In this document: piece after piece, positions 1-13,078 of the stretch
Layout of the letters: each line of letters begins with the position of its first letter
Numbering within the stretch: position 1 is the first letter of the stretch
From: Lingula anatina
Lineage: Eukaryota; Animalia; Brachiopoda
Length of the DNA: 64,000 bases
NCBI GenBank assembly: GCA_051362555.1
Contig: CM120646.1
Span: forward strand, 3,348,001 to 3,412,000
Reading direction: 5' to 3'
Position numbers and translations under genes: made by a program
The notes under the pieces: generated by a model
The model's database searches: none
What the model was told of the DNA's origin: nothing
What the model saw: only the letters and a program-made list of their open reading frames with translations

Positions 1-936
1 TGTTCAGGAGCGTCCGCAAATCCGGAGTCACGGATGTGACTTGTGTCAACGAGCGCTAGTGGTGGTGGTGGTGGTGGTGGTGGTGGTGGTCGTGGTGATG
101 GTAGTAGTGGAGAGCCATTGTCACCGAGAGAACTAGGACCTGGTTGAGGTTGCCCTTCCACAGTTTCGTCGCTAAAGTGTGGTCCATCTGGGCCTTCGTC
201 TCCAGTCTGACATGTTCCATCCTGTGTCGCCACCCCCTTGTTTTGAAAGGAATAATAAATTATTCAATATATTTTGTTACATTGCAAATAGTATGATTTT
301 AGAATGTAAATGCTGAAATGACGACATCTGTTATCCAAGTGTATTTGGGTGATATACATATTTGGGACTCGTATCAGAAGAAGAGCAAAACAAATGAGAA
401 CTAGAAAAGCACTCCGAGAGAGCAGACCTCCGCCAAGGTAGAAATTATTGATCCGGATCAACACCAAAAACTAATCACTTCTAAGTTAACCTATTTCTGA
501 CCTACCTTGAAAATTTCATCAAAATCGGCCCATAACTTTTTGAGTTATGTTGATGACAAACAATCAAACAGACAGACAGACAAACAGGGGCAAAAACATA
601 ACCTCCTTGGCGGAGAAAATGCAATTTAACCAAAACGTAAAAAAATCCCAGCCCACAAATTTGTCGTGCAACTTTAATACATGTATTCAGGGTAGAATGT
701 AATTTAACCTGAATTAACTATTGTTCATAATATTAGATCTTTATACCTCTTGTTGGCATTCCAAGCCGTCAGACTGTCTCTGGAGAAAAGGGGGAGGTAG
801 GCCACCCCTAAAAAAAATATAAAAAATGAAAATCAATGAAACTTGAAATAAGCTGAAATAACAACTATTTTATCAGTTCCTTCCTATCCCCCCTCTCTCT
901 CTCTCTCTCGTTTAATAAATAGGAGGGAGGTCGAAA

Positions 937-971
<35 letters not shown>

Positions 972-1651
972 ATATTAAGGCCGTGTTCACAACCAGCAGA
1001 ATAACTAGTCCCGGATTAAATATGGGGCGCACTTGGTAATGGATTTCCGCTTCCCAAACGCGCCGTCCCAGTAGGGGCAGAGCTGTTTTAAAATCTCTAC
1101 ACGCTTTTAAAAGTGGGTCGCACCATAATATTTGGTCCGCGGACTAGTTATACATTAACATACTAGTTATACATTAACATACTAGTTATACATAAACATA
1201 CTAGTTATATGTTAACATACGTGGTGTCATCGAGTGGAGAATTGACGTCACATGACGAAGCTGTCTCTTCCTGTGGTTCACCTATAGTTTCTTCGTTGCT
1301 TACATCGCCTTGTCCTTCGTTATTCCTGGCATCTGTAAATTAACAATAAGTGAGAGGCCAAATTCAGTAAACATTCTGAATTTTTTACAAAAAGAAAGAA
1401 AGAAAAATAGAAAAGATTAAAAGAAAACAAGATCGTTTCCTCAACAACGTAGGCCTACTAACAAATAGGTGACAAAACTCCGCCCAAGAGTCATTTGAAC
1501 CCCCTGTATTGACAGTGAGCGGTGGCTTTATTGCAATAATTCTTGTCACGTTTGTCATCGGACTACGTGACCTCCATTGTTCTTAGAAGACTATTATGGG
1601 TCAGAGGTTTTTTGGTAATGATGAGATTGTTAAAAAATTATTATAAAAGGG

Positions 1652-1689
<38 letters not shown>

Positions 1690-2406
1690 TAATAATAATA
1701 ATCAATCGACTAATTTTGAATGTTGGTACAGATTCACTATCCATTGATAAAGATGGGAACATCGTCGGTCACTTTTCCGGACAAAATGAAACGTTGGTCT
1801 TTAAAAAATATCATGCTCATTTAAATTTATTTAAATTTATCATTTTGACGTTGCAAGGTATTCTGATATCAACACTAGAGGGTTATATTTTTAACGGAAA
1901 AACATTATTATAAAAAGGGGGTTAGCACTAGTCTATGACTCAGTGAAACTCCCTTTTTGACATGATAACAAAAAAGTCCATTGCTTGTGCGAGGTCATGT
2001 GCAACAGTTCCTACAAACAATGCACCTGTGTCAAGAAAAATCCCCTTGTGTCTCAGATTTTCAAACTGTAACTCAACAATAAATGTGAATAAAACAAACC
2101 CAAGTCAACCAATTTTATTAATCTTATTCTCATTCAGTGATTTTTTAAAAGTACATTAACATACTAGCTATACATTAACAATAGTTATATTATTATTATT
2201 ATTGTTAAAACGATTTACGTTATTGTAAATCCAACCACTGTTTAGAAAATGAACATTATCATTATTATAATAATAGTAGTTGTAGTAGTAGGAGTAATAT
2301 TATAGCCTCTTCTCGCAAAGCAACTCTTCAGCAGTCCCAGATTTTCGCGATCACGACTCTTACATGTAGCAGTGATCTGAGTAATAGATCTATTTTGTAT
2401 TTAACC

Positions 2407-2453
<47 letters not shown>

Positions 2454-2462
2454 TCCAGTTGT

Positions 2463-2496
<34 letters not shown>

Positions 2497-3026
2497 ATAA
2501 GAGTAGGCCTATATTTCTCTACTTCTGCTACAGTGTGACACCGACCTTGTTCCGGCTGTGAAATACCCGCATTCAGCGCTCTCCGCAGCTTATCCAGTGC
2601 TTCTGGGTTGTCTTTAGGAAGGACGGCATCTCCGAAGGGAAGACCTGTAGTAACGTTAAATTTTTTAAACTCCTGTATGTTGTTAATATCTTGTTTGCTA
2701 ACATCAAGGACATAAAGAGGTATAAACCTATCAGTTTTCAGCCGATCTAGAAAGGCGTTTTGAGCAGTATAATTGTTCCAGCAGTCTTCGATGAAAGCTC
2801 GGCACATGACTGGTACAATAAACTTGGAGTTTTCGAAAGCATCAATAACTGAGAAAACACTTTGCCCAGGCAAAACGTCTCTGAGGTCGAAGTATACGTT
2901 TAGGTTACATTCGGTTTCCAAAAAGCTAGCGAGCGCATACGCAAAATTTCTACTTGTACTTCTACCATCATGGCCCAACAGGCAAACGTCATACTTGTAT
3001 GGCTCTACTCTGGAACTTGCCGCCAT
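1..3026 (-). CDS. Gene A: TIR-domain protein with Pro-rich linker (3' end outside window); exons 2546-3026, 1221-1332, 747-807, <1-236
   Basis: TIR motifs YDVCLL, VYFDLRDVLPG, SKFIVPVMCRAF, RFIPL. In-frame TGA two codons before the ATG. GT/AG boundaries with phases 1/2/0 give an open frame ...SQPEQ-DARNNEG...DDT-TGGLPPPF...CQQE-GVATQDG...PPPPPPP...DSGFADAPE. Confidence 0.8.
399..616 (+). mobile_element. Short HINE/MITE-like element in gene A intron 3
   Basis: AACTAG start, sub-terminal IR CCTCCGCCAAGG…CCTTGGCGGAG, (ACAG)n; absent in paralogous introns. Confidence 0.7.
2546..3026 (-). CDS. Gene A exon 1, TIR domain (subtype 1)
   Basis: ORF 2451..3026. Donor GAACAAG|GTCGGT, shared with all paralogs; the ORF beyond it runs into a (CT)n microsatellite. 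Confidence 0.88.
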
Positions 3027-4828
3027 TTCTCAAAAATTGTAGGGCCTAATACTAAAAAAACGTACTTTCGGTTTGGAAGTTCAGTCTATCTTCTAGTGTA
3101 AGGTGTCCTAATTACGAGCTTTTCGACCTTTGTCAGTGAGTATATATCTCTGTCAAGTATAGAGAACACGGAAGTGCCATCGCGTCCGAATACAGCTTGG
3201 GTTGTAGGGCCCACTAGTCAGAAAAACCGACAGGAATCGTTGTCTCTTCATCTTGTTACTTTTTCAACCAACGATGTTTTTGTGAAATATACGACCCATT
3301 GGCTTTGATGATAGTTAAAATTAGACAGCGTTTAAAAATAATTTAATTGTGAAGTCCCGACGTAAACAGGTACTTGCAGATCAATAAATAGGCTCATTAC
3401 TCTCTTGATAAGGACATACGTGCTTGGTCGCTTACGTGAATGTTATTACTAATTGCATTCAAAAATGTAGGAAGGTTAAGTTTAGGCACTTCATATCAGA
3501 AAACCCACCAGCTCGGCGAAATTAACCGACGTAACGCATTAAACTTTCACTGCCGCGAAATGATCAACAAATTTAATATTTGAAAGCGAGGCAATGGCAC
3601 TAATCTACAGGAGACGATTTATAGCCTCGTAAAAATTGAATGTTATAATAAAAATCTAAAAAGCGCTAAACCAAAATACGTCTTGGTTGTAATTGGATAT
3701 CTTCAATAATAATAAATATAATCACACATCATCTAAAAAAACCCTAGGTTTCTTTCTAACCCCGTCCATGTTCCGTCCAGAGCGAATAAGAAGATGTGTC
3801 GGTACACCCCGGGGTCAGACAGCCGGACATTACACTGACCACTGCGTCTGGCACCGCTAAGATGGCGTGTGAGGAACCAGGGCGCTTGGTTAGTGGAATA
3901 TCCCTTATGGCCGTACACGTGTAGCGGACACGCGAGGGCGCAGAGAACTATTACATGTACAACGATGCTGAAAATATTCAAAATGTTTTTGTCCTGAAAT
4001 GTCATCGTGGTTACGTTAAAATATATGATCTTGATTGACTGGAAAATAAAGATGGGGTTTCTGGTTTTTGGAAGAGATGAAATCAGTCAAATGCAGGTAT
4101 CTTCATGGAAATGTTTATTGTATTGGAACAACCTGAATTTGAAATTGGGGTTGCACTTATTAAATAAATGTTTGAACTCTCATAAAGGTACTTACGTAAG
4201 TCATGCATGTTAACTTATGAAATTCTTTTTAATCAAAATAAAAAGATCCGTGTGCAGAATTCTGGAGCAAAAATTTAACATTGGCCTTTTATTCTCATAT
4301 ACATATTCACTGCAGGTAACTAGTTTTTACTGACCGGCGTTACTATACATGGACTAAAATAATGTCCTGTAAGCCAACGTTTTAAAGACCACTTTTTGCC
4401 TTCGCCTGAGTCCAAGTACATAAGTGTGTGCATCCCTGGATCTTAACTGTGCTAGCCTATATGTGGTGACGGGGAGGGTGAGAAGTCAAATCGCATTGAT
4501 AGGGTCAGACACGAAAATTTTGACAGTAAAATGAGGGCGTTCAGTATATACTGCAGGAAGGTATTTGAAAAGCAAAATTTTTAAAATTGCAATATCTTTC
4601 TGTGCGTGGTCTCAAATTTCGATTTTAACTCTCCTAATGTTGTCGCTATCATATGATGTTTTCTCATATGTGACGACATTGGAGGGGTCTGTATTGAAAT
4701 CCAAGTATAATTTTAAAGTAATAAGTTCAAATTATGGAATATATATATATATCATTGGCAAAGTCGTGACAAACACATCTTTTGTGCTGGTCATCCGTTA
4801 TACAGGCAGCATGACTTTTGTTAACGGG

Positions 4829-4900
4829 AGCAGAGTGGCGCAGTGGAAGCGTGCGGGGCCCATAACCCCGAGGTCCTAGGATCGAATCCTATCTCTGCTA
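4829..4900 (+). tRNA. tRNA-iMet-CAT: Initiator tRNA-Met (CAT)
   Basis: AGCAGAGTGGCGCAGTGGAAGCGTGCGGGGCCCATAACCCCGAGGTCCTAGGATCGAATCCTATCTCTGCTA. A1-U72 pair, consecutive G-C pairs in the anticodon stem, A54, T-run terminator at ~4916. One T-stem mismatch and T at position 60. Confidence 0.88.
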
Positions 4901-5301
4901 TTCACACATGTTTGCTTTTTTAACTAGCAGCTTATCTTTAAAATCTTTTGAAAATAATGTCACACCGTTTATTCTTTTACTTCAAATCAAACGTAGAAAA
5001 GTTATATATCGTTACATAGTGTTACACTTACTGCAGACAAAGTCAGGTACAGTTTAGTTTAACGTCTTCAAACCTGTCCAGATCAGGATTATAAAGATTC
5101 ATAATGACCAGAAATAAGTAAATCAGGACTTGATTTTGGTTATATATACGGGTTGTCATCGATATGTTGGTTTCACGGGGTTTTACAAAGGTCGTCATTG
5201 TTATCTATTTAATTAATCAATGGGAGATCAATATAAGTGTGAAGAAATGAATGGAACAAATCAAGTCATGTTAAGTTGCATATAGATCCTGGAATATAAA
5301 C

Positions 5302-5763
5302 GCAAGCCCGTAGCCTGAGCAAAATGCCAGGGGGGGGGGGGCAGTAAGCGGACACGAGGGGGCCAAGCCCATGAGGGGTGTGTGTGTGGGAGGGGGGTCC
5401 CCCCTCCCACGGTGTGGAACATTTTTAAAAACTGTATGTATAATACTGCATTCTGGTGGATTTTAACTGTTATTTATTGCTCAATCAGAAGTCAGAAATT
5501 GTGGGTTCATTTTGCCATAAGTACAGTCATTTATTCAACACAACATGCCAATTGGACTTTATTTCGTAGATTGTCTTGTCTTTGTAAACAGATTGTTGAA
5601 TGATTGTCTAGTGGCCATGAGTGCATTTTCTCACAGAATTGATACCAACTTTGCAATTATATTTTTTCACCTTTGCGATTATTATTTTTTTTGCACCTCA
5701 AATCCCGGGGGGGGGGGGGGGGGGGGGGGGCAGCTGCCCCCCCCACCCGAGGCTACGGCCCTG
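5302..5763. mobile_element. hAT-like MITE with poly-G tracts
   Basis: Ends CAAGCCCGTAGCC…GGCTACGGCCCTG. Confidence 0.6.
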
Positions 5764-6331
5764 AAACGTCACTTTTTATATATGAGTACATTGTAACAAT
5801 AACTATTGTCAGAAAGATTTGAATGTTATTTTAATAATTTATAATTCATAGCTAACTTCAAACCCCTAACGTTGTCGCCAACATATAATGTTTCCTCATG
5901 TACTGCGGCATTAAAGGAGTCTGTATAATTTTAAAGTAAGGAGTCCAAATTATGGAGTGAATACATGTGTATCTTTAGCAAAGTCGTCACAAACACATTT
6001 TTATGTCTCCTCCACCTCAGTGTACCACAAACTTTTGTAGTCTCATTCATAACAAGAAAGAAGGCAACAAGGAATATTGATTGTTCGTGATTTGGCCAAA
6101 CAAGGCTGCTTTTATTATATAACCCCTCTATCCTAATCGTTTTAACAATAATAACAATGTAGCAAATTGTTGCCTGTATTAAATGTTATGGCCTTAGGGA
6201 AAAAATTATATATCAAATATTCAATAAGACTCATCCTAAAAATTATGATGTGACGCGTCAGCAAAAGTTATTATTTACCAACAATTTTGCACAAATTTCA
6301 TTTGTGGGGTTGCAAACAGGCCCCAAACGTA

Positions 6332-6402
6332 AGCAGAGTGGCACAGTGGAAACGTGCAGGGCCCATAATCCGAGGTCCTAGGATCGAAACCTAGCTCTGC
6401 TA
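6332..6402 (+). tRNA. tRNA-iMet-CAT: Second initiator tRNA-Met (CAT) copy, probably a pseudogene
   Basis: Perfect acceptor and T stems, but D-arm substitutions and a 1-nt deletion in the anticodon stem (71 nt). Flanks are homologous to those of the first copy (4636-4790 vs 5868-6005). Confidence 0.72.
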
Positions 6403-6477
6403 GTAGTCCCTTTAATTTCAAAACTTATGCTACCTTTCCATTAAACCCGAAGATGATGTCACACCGATCTTTGTACT

Positions 6478-7035
6478 TGTAAGATCCCACGGATCTTAAG
6501 TGAGAACAATAAAGTCTTGGTTAAATATTCTGTATGTTTATTTCAGTAACCAGCATCAGATACGCATCAGTACTTGTAGTCCAATGGTTCTGACTAAAAC
6601 GAAAACAAACCAAAAAAGAACATAAATATGTCTTCTTAAATAAAACAGAGTGTTACAAACAATTTTAAACTGCATTAAGAATGTTAAACTAACTTATACA
6701 ACAGAGCAATCATAAAACTCACATTGCTGGCTTTCGTGGATGTCAATTATTCCTTTTTATCCTGAAAAGCTGAATTTCCTCTAACAAAATCACTGAACAT
6801 CTACATGTAACTTGACGATATTATACTATGTGGTGTCTGAAGTGTCATAAAAGCACAAAGGAGTGTCGCAAAAATGTCTATTCCTACAGAATGAAAACTG
6901 CAAAACAGCCACGCTGCTGAAGTGTCAATCAATTCTTCTCGCAATCCTATCTCCTCACATAAAAGATCACGCAAATGGGCCGCTTAAGTCTACATTAATC
7001 AAAATAAACAAGAAATCGGTTATCCGATTCTTACA
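6478..7035 (-). repeat. 3' LTR of BEL/Pao element
   Basis: Direct repeat of 13079-13636; no differences seen by eye. Confidence 0.96.
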
Positions 7036-7166
7036 CCGGCCCCTTATGCACATGTACCCACATTGCATAAATTATATTATAAATTTAACCACAGACCCAG
7101 ATTACAATATTTTGTCTATGTTGTAATTAAAAGGTCTATGACTTAACCACTTTAACCTCCGTCACA

Positions 7167-10100
7167 TCAGTCTACACCTTCCAGAAGACAAAGTTTTGTC
7201 ACTGGTCTCTTGAAGATTCCATGTTGTGTTCTAACTTGGACTGAGCGAACACGGCCGTCCATACTTGGACTTGTATTTGTCACCATGCCCATTGGCCATT
7301 GCAGACGCGGGGTACTTTCATCTTTCACTAATACCAAATCCCCAACTTTGAGATTTCGCTTAACACTGAACCACTTTTGCCGCTCTTGTAACAAAGGCAG
7401 ATATTCTTTTAGCCAACGCTGCCAAAATAAGTCAGCAATATACTGAACCTGTTTCCACCGCCTATGGTACATATCTTGTTTCACGAATTCCCCAGGTGGT
7501 AACACTGGTCCTGAACGCAACAGTAAAAGATGATTAGGCGTCAGTGGCAACAGGTCTTTGGGATCATCAGAAAGCTTTGTGATAGGCCTTGAATTCACAA
7601 TATTCTCCACTATGCACATAAGAGTACAAAGAGCCTCATCATCCAACTTGAGCGGTTGTTGAGCCAACAATGAGCTGAGAACTGATCGCACTGTTCTAAT
7701 TTGCCGTTCCCATATCCCTCCCATATGTGACGCGCAGGGAGGATTAAACACCCACTTAATTTCCCTTTGACGTAAACAGTCCGTTATCTTGTTTTGATTC
7801 CACCTACTAATATGTTCCCTCAGTTCACGATGTGCTCCTGTGAAATTGGTTCCATTATCAGAGCGAACTTCCTCAGGCTCTCCTCGTCGGCAAATGAATC
7901 TCTGCATAGCATTCAGGAACGAATCGGTGCTTAGTGAATGAGATATCTCAATGTGTATTGCTCTGCATGTTAGGCACGTGAACAGACAACCGTACCTCTT
8001 TTCTTCACTACGTGCACGTTTTACAAAGAATGGTCCAAAAAAGTCAACGCCCACTATAGTAAAGGGTGGTAGAAATGCTTCTGTGCGATTCTTCGGCAAA
8101 TCAGCCATTCGTTGTTCAAGTGTCGGGGCCTTTAACTTTCTGCACAACATACACCTATAGATCTCTCGTTTAACGGCAGCACGGCCATTCATAATCCAAT
8201 AACGCTGTCTGATGTCTGAAAGGACATGTTCCACTCCTGTATGCCCTGCTTCATTATGATAATGTCTCACTATCAAAGAAACAACTGGATGCTTTTGTGG
8301 CAAAATCCACTGGTGTTTGGCTGTCTCCACAAGGCTGGAATATCTCAAACGACCGCCAACCACCCAAATGCCGCTGGGTAAGGTTTCTGGCGATAGTCTT
8401 TTGAAACCTTTGCTCTGAAACTGTTCCCTTGTCATGTTTCTTTGAACATACTTAACAATCTCTTCTTCAGCCACATTAAGTTCTTCAACAGAGAGCAAGT
8501 CACACGTTTGCTGTACCCTTTTTAAGACTTTACTCCTAAGTACAGACTTTGCTCTTAATATCCACGCTACTGCTTTCTTTAGCTCATTCCAAGTGGAATA
8601 TCTTGCCATCAGCTTGTCAAGTATGTCCGTTTTCATAATCTCAGCATGATAGACACTAACGTCTTGTTTTACTTCAGTATCATGAGCTTCTACTTCTGCT
8701 ACGTAAGGTGAACTAGGCCATTCCGCCTCAGGAAACTGCAAAAAACAGGGACCACAAATCCACTGTTCCTTACTGACCAACTCTTGGGGCGTTGCACCAC
8801 GTGATACGTCATCAGCTGGGTTTAATTTGCTACTTATATGCCTCCACTGAGATGGTGAGGTCACTTCTCTTATCTTAGCAATACTGTTTGCCACGAAAGT
8901 CTTAAATCGCTTGTCCTCATTTGCAATATATTGCAGTACTATCATGCTATCAGACCAGAAGACAGAAGGAGAAAAGGAAAAGTCCAATTCCTTCCTTAGC
9001 AATTCATCTAAATCTACTGCCATAACAGCTGCAGACAACTCCAATCTGGGTATTGTGGTCGCTGAGCAAGGGGCCAATCTAGCTCTACTCATGACAAATG
9101 CACAGTGTACGTGGCCTTCTCCGTTTGTCAAACGTAGGTAAGTAACGACACCGTACCCATTTTCAGATGCATCTGCGAAGTGATGAAGTTGAATATCAAT
9201 CGGGGTACCAAATGCTGGTGGTACTAAACATCGCTGAACTTTCATCTCATTGATCAAAGGTAAGTCATTTTGCCACTTGTTCCACTGATGAGCTATGTCT
9301 TCTGGTAATGGATCATCCCAGCCGATCTTCAACTTGCACAGCATCTGGAACATCATTTTCGCTTTCTGAATAAAGGGGCTGACAAATCCCAAGGGATCAT
9401 ACACAGAGCTTACAACACTTAACAGTCCTCGGCGGGTAATAGGTTTCTGTTTGACTAGTGTATTGAACCCAAGTTTGTCAGATTCCACATCCCACAAAAC
9501 ACCTAATGCTCTCTCCACAGGTAATTCATCTTGTTCAAGATCTAAGGTTGGAATTCCTTTGGCCCACTCTGCTTCTGGAATAGAGTGTTGGAGTTCCCGT
9601 GAATTGCTTATCCACTTCGTGAGCTTGAACCCTCCAAGTGCCAATAATTCTCGCAATTCTTTAACTAATTGAATCGCATGTTGTGTATCAGGTACTGATT
9701 TGAGACAGTCATCAACATAAAAATTCCGCAATACAGTTTCTATAGCCTGAGAGGTGAAATTCAAGGAATTGTCCAGCGCAGTACGCCGTAGGGCAAATGA
9801 TGCACAACTTGGACTCCATACCCCTCCAAACAGATGCCTTGTCATTCTATAAACTTGAACTGGTTTGTTCATATCATCATCCTTCCACCACAAGAATCGA
9901 AGCACGTCACGATGATTCTCGTTCACCTTAACTTGTAAAAACATTCCTTCAATATCAGCCATGAAAGCAACGGGGTGATGCCTAAAACGCAGTAAAACTC
10001 CAATCAGTTTGTTTGTTAAGTCTGGGCCTTGATATATTGCATCATTCAGGGAAATGCCTTTGTGCTTGGCTGCACAGTCGTAAACAATACGTACTTTATC

Positions 10101-13056
10101 TGGTTTTCTGGCGTGTAATACTGGATGGTGGGGCAGATACCAAACATAACCATCATCTCTACTGACCTCTTTCACCTCTTCTGCATAACCTTTGTCTCGT
10201 AGTTCTACCATACTTTCAACATACTTTTCTTGGAGCCACTTGTCTTTCTGTAACCTTCTTTTGAGGCACTGTAAACGGAAATTTGCCACAGGCCAGTTAT
10301 CTGGGAGATTTAGTGGCTGCTCTTGGAATGGAATGTCCATGCTGTAATGTTTTTCTTCTTCATCATAGTGTAATGAATTTTCCCAGATAGTCATAACCTT
10401 CTTGTCATTGACAGACATAGCTGAAAAATCTTCATCATGTCCATCTAGCTTCCACAAGTTCTTGATCTGGTCCTGGAGTTCATTGGAAGTGTTCACAAAA
10501 TAACTTCCAACATTTTCTCTTAACCTTTCTCCAATTGGACCGTTGATTGTCCATCCCAGTGCTGTTCTCACTGCATATGGCATACCTGTCTTTCCTTCTC
10601 GGATCTCTCTTGGTTTGAGTAATTCTGGCATGTCTTGTCCGATAAGAATGTGCACTTGGTCAATGTCTACTTCTGGTAACTTTATGTCCTTCAAATGTTG
10701 CCAGTTGTCCAACTCTTCCTGAGTAACAATATTATCAGTGCCTATATTTAGCTTGGGCCTAGTCAATATATCTGTCATGTCATATATCAAAGTTTCATCT
10801 GCATTTGTCACCTCCAAGTTTACAGATTTACTGAATACTCTCTTTTGGTGACCAAGTGTGTTTAAAACAATGTTGTGAATTTTCCTGGTAGATTCCAAGT
10901 TCAATGACCTCGTTAACTCTTCTGAACAGAAACTTTGAGTTGAGCCACTATCTAAAAGAGCATATGTTTCAACAAATTGGGTTTGACCTTGCCCACGGAC
11001 CTTCACACTAATGATGGGAAGTGCAATCTTTTGCTTGCCCACCCCGGCCCCTGTGGCATTACAAGCAACTTCTTCAGTACTCGTTTCATCTATATTCTGG
11101 TTTGCATTTCTCTGGGGTAGATGTAGAAATTTTGTATGCTTCTGTTCACACCCTTCTACTGAGCATACTCGGTTCACTGGACATCTTAAGGCCACATGTC
11201 CTGTTCTCAAACAATTGAAACATAAATTCTTCTGTTTTGCTAAAGTTAGTCTATCTTGTACTCTCAAACCTTTGAATTCTTCACAGTTAAATAAACTGTG
11301 ATGTGAACCACAGCAGGCACACAGTGGACTGTCGGTACTTGTGCTGTAATTGGCAGTGATCTGTCTGTTCCTTCCTTCTCTGCCAGTAGACAGAAGTTGG
11401 CCAAAAACAGGGTCATTCCTTTCGTCTGCTGCTAAAGAGATAAAGTTAACCAAGTCCCCTATGTCAGGATTTCTTCCTTCAGACCGGATACTGTGTACCA
11501 ACTTCAACCATCTGGGTTTAATATATTGGGGCAGCTTTTGTACAATCTTAAGTAGGTAGTCCCCACTATTTATGTCTTCCTTTCTCCCAACTGCACGCAA
11601 GGTTTCAAAGCAGCATCTCAACTCATCAGCAAAGTGACGTAAAGCTACATTATCCGTCACTGGTCCCCTATTCATGATTTTCTGTATCCAGGCCTGGGAA
11701 ATAGTGTAACTGTCTCCGTACCTTTCTTTCAATAACTCTAAAGCCGTGGCATATCCCTGTTCTGGTTCCATAACACAGCAACACTGTATAAGATTATAAG
11801 CTTCGCCGCGACAATATTGCAAGAGCCTGGCCAATTTTGCAGCATGAGGAACATTTTTATGTCCTACCATGTTTTCAAATGATCTCATAAATGGGTGGTA
11901 CTGCAGAGGATTTCCATTAAAAGGCATCAATTCTACCTTTGGCAACTGCATTGCATCTATCAGTGGGGTCAGTGAGTCACTTGTTGGTGAAACAGACTCA
12001 GATATTGGTGTATATACTGCACTGTGTTGTATAGTCTGAGATGGAATACTGTATGCAGGCATGGGTGCGGGTGGCACTGCGACAGACGCTGTTGTTTCAA
12101 ATCTCGTTGGAATCGGAGTCTGAGATGCGGAGAATGCTACTGCACCATGGGGATGATAAAGATTTGGTTGTGTTATGTGAATAAAGTCGGGTAAGCTTGT
12201 ACTAAATACAGCTGGAGATGGCACTGTAAGCTGAGAAGTCGCAGGTAATTCACATGATACAGGAATACTTCCCAGTAAACGGTCACCCTGTGATGTCATG
12301 GACTGTGTTGCATGCGAAGCAGTGAGAGGGGCAGCCTGCATTGTCCAAACAGGTTTAGGAAAAGGTGTGAGTGGTACCGCAACAGACACTGGTATATTAG
12401 ATGTTGATATTGCAGACTGAGACTGTGGTACAACTGGTACATTGTGAGATGTGAATGTCGTCTGGCTGAAAGCTGGAATGTTTGAACTTAATGCACTAAC
12501 CCGCAAGAAAATGCAGTAGTATCGAAGTAGCAAAGAAGCATTAACGCAGTAGTGGTGTGGAGCATATTTGCAGTAGAAATGCAGTATAGCCTACTGCAAT
12601 TCTACTTCAAAAATTACATAGGGTTGTACAGAGGAGGAGCATTAATGCAGTAGATTAGCAGCATAATAGAAGCATGTTTCAAATATGCTAATAAGCTCCC
12701 ACATCGAAGCAGATTTGAAGCATGTTTGCAGTATGATTGCAGTAGTCTACTGCCCTGGAGTATCTACTTCGTTTTCGTGCGGGAAGTGATGGCATTGTGA
12801 CAGGAGATGTCACAGACACTGCATTCATTGTGGAAATACCCTCTGATCTACATGTGTATGGTGTCCCTGGATGAGGTATGGGGCTTATAGAAGCTTCACT
12901 GATTGATGTACTAGTAGCTACATTGTGCGGTGTACTGGTAAGAAGTGAATGTTCTCTCTTTATGTCTCTTAAAAGAGAGTGAATAGATTGATCAATGTCT
13001 CTCTCTAATTCTTCAATTAAATGACGCTGTCTTTCTATTTCCTCTTGAAGTGACAT
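7167..13056 (-). CDS. BEL/Pao gag-pol polyprotein (triple CCHC knuckles, protease LLDSGS, RT YVDD, Pao peptidase A17/RNase H region, integrase) interrupted by a MITE
   Basis: ORFs 12688..13056 and 7167..12533 fuse in frame (…TMPSL-SALSS…, 1867 aa) after removing 12500-12785. Confidence 0.92.
12500..12783. mobile_element. 284-bp MITE (CCC-ended, 2-bp TSD, EnSpm/CMC-like) inside BEL gag
   Basis: TIRs CCCGCAAGAAAATGCAGTAG / CTACTTCGTTTTCGTGCGGG, AA duplication, internal GCAGTAG repeats; removal restores the ORF. Confidence 0.88.
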
Positions 13057-13078
13057 GGTTGGAAAGCCAATTCAGAAC

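Noticed and set aside
2451-2545. C-terminal LSLSLS extension of the gene A TIR ORF (and the similar extension in D) as a membrane anchor
   Set aside because: Read-through past the splice donor into an intronic (CT)n microsatellite.
3750-3770. Telomerase RNA template (CTAACCCC)
   Set aside because: Does not match CUAACCCUAA; no recognisable pseudoknot or H/ACA context.
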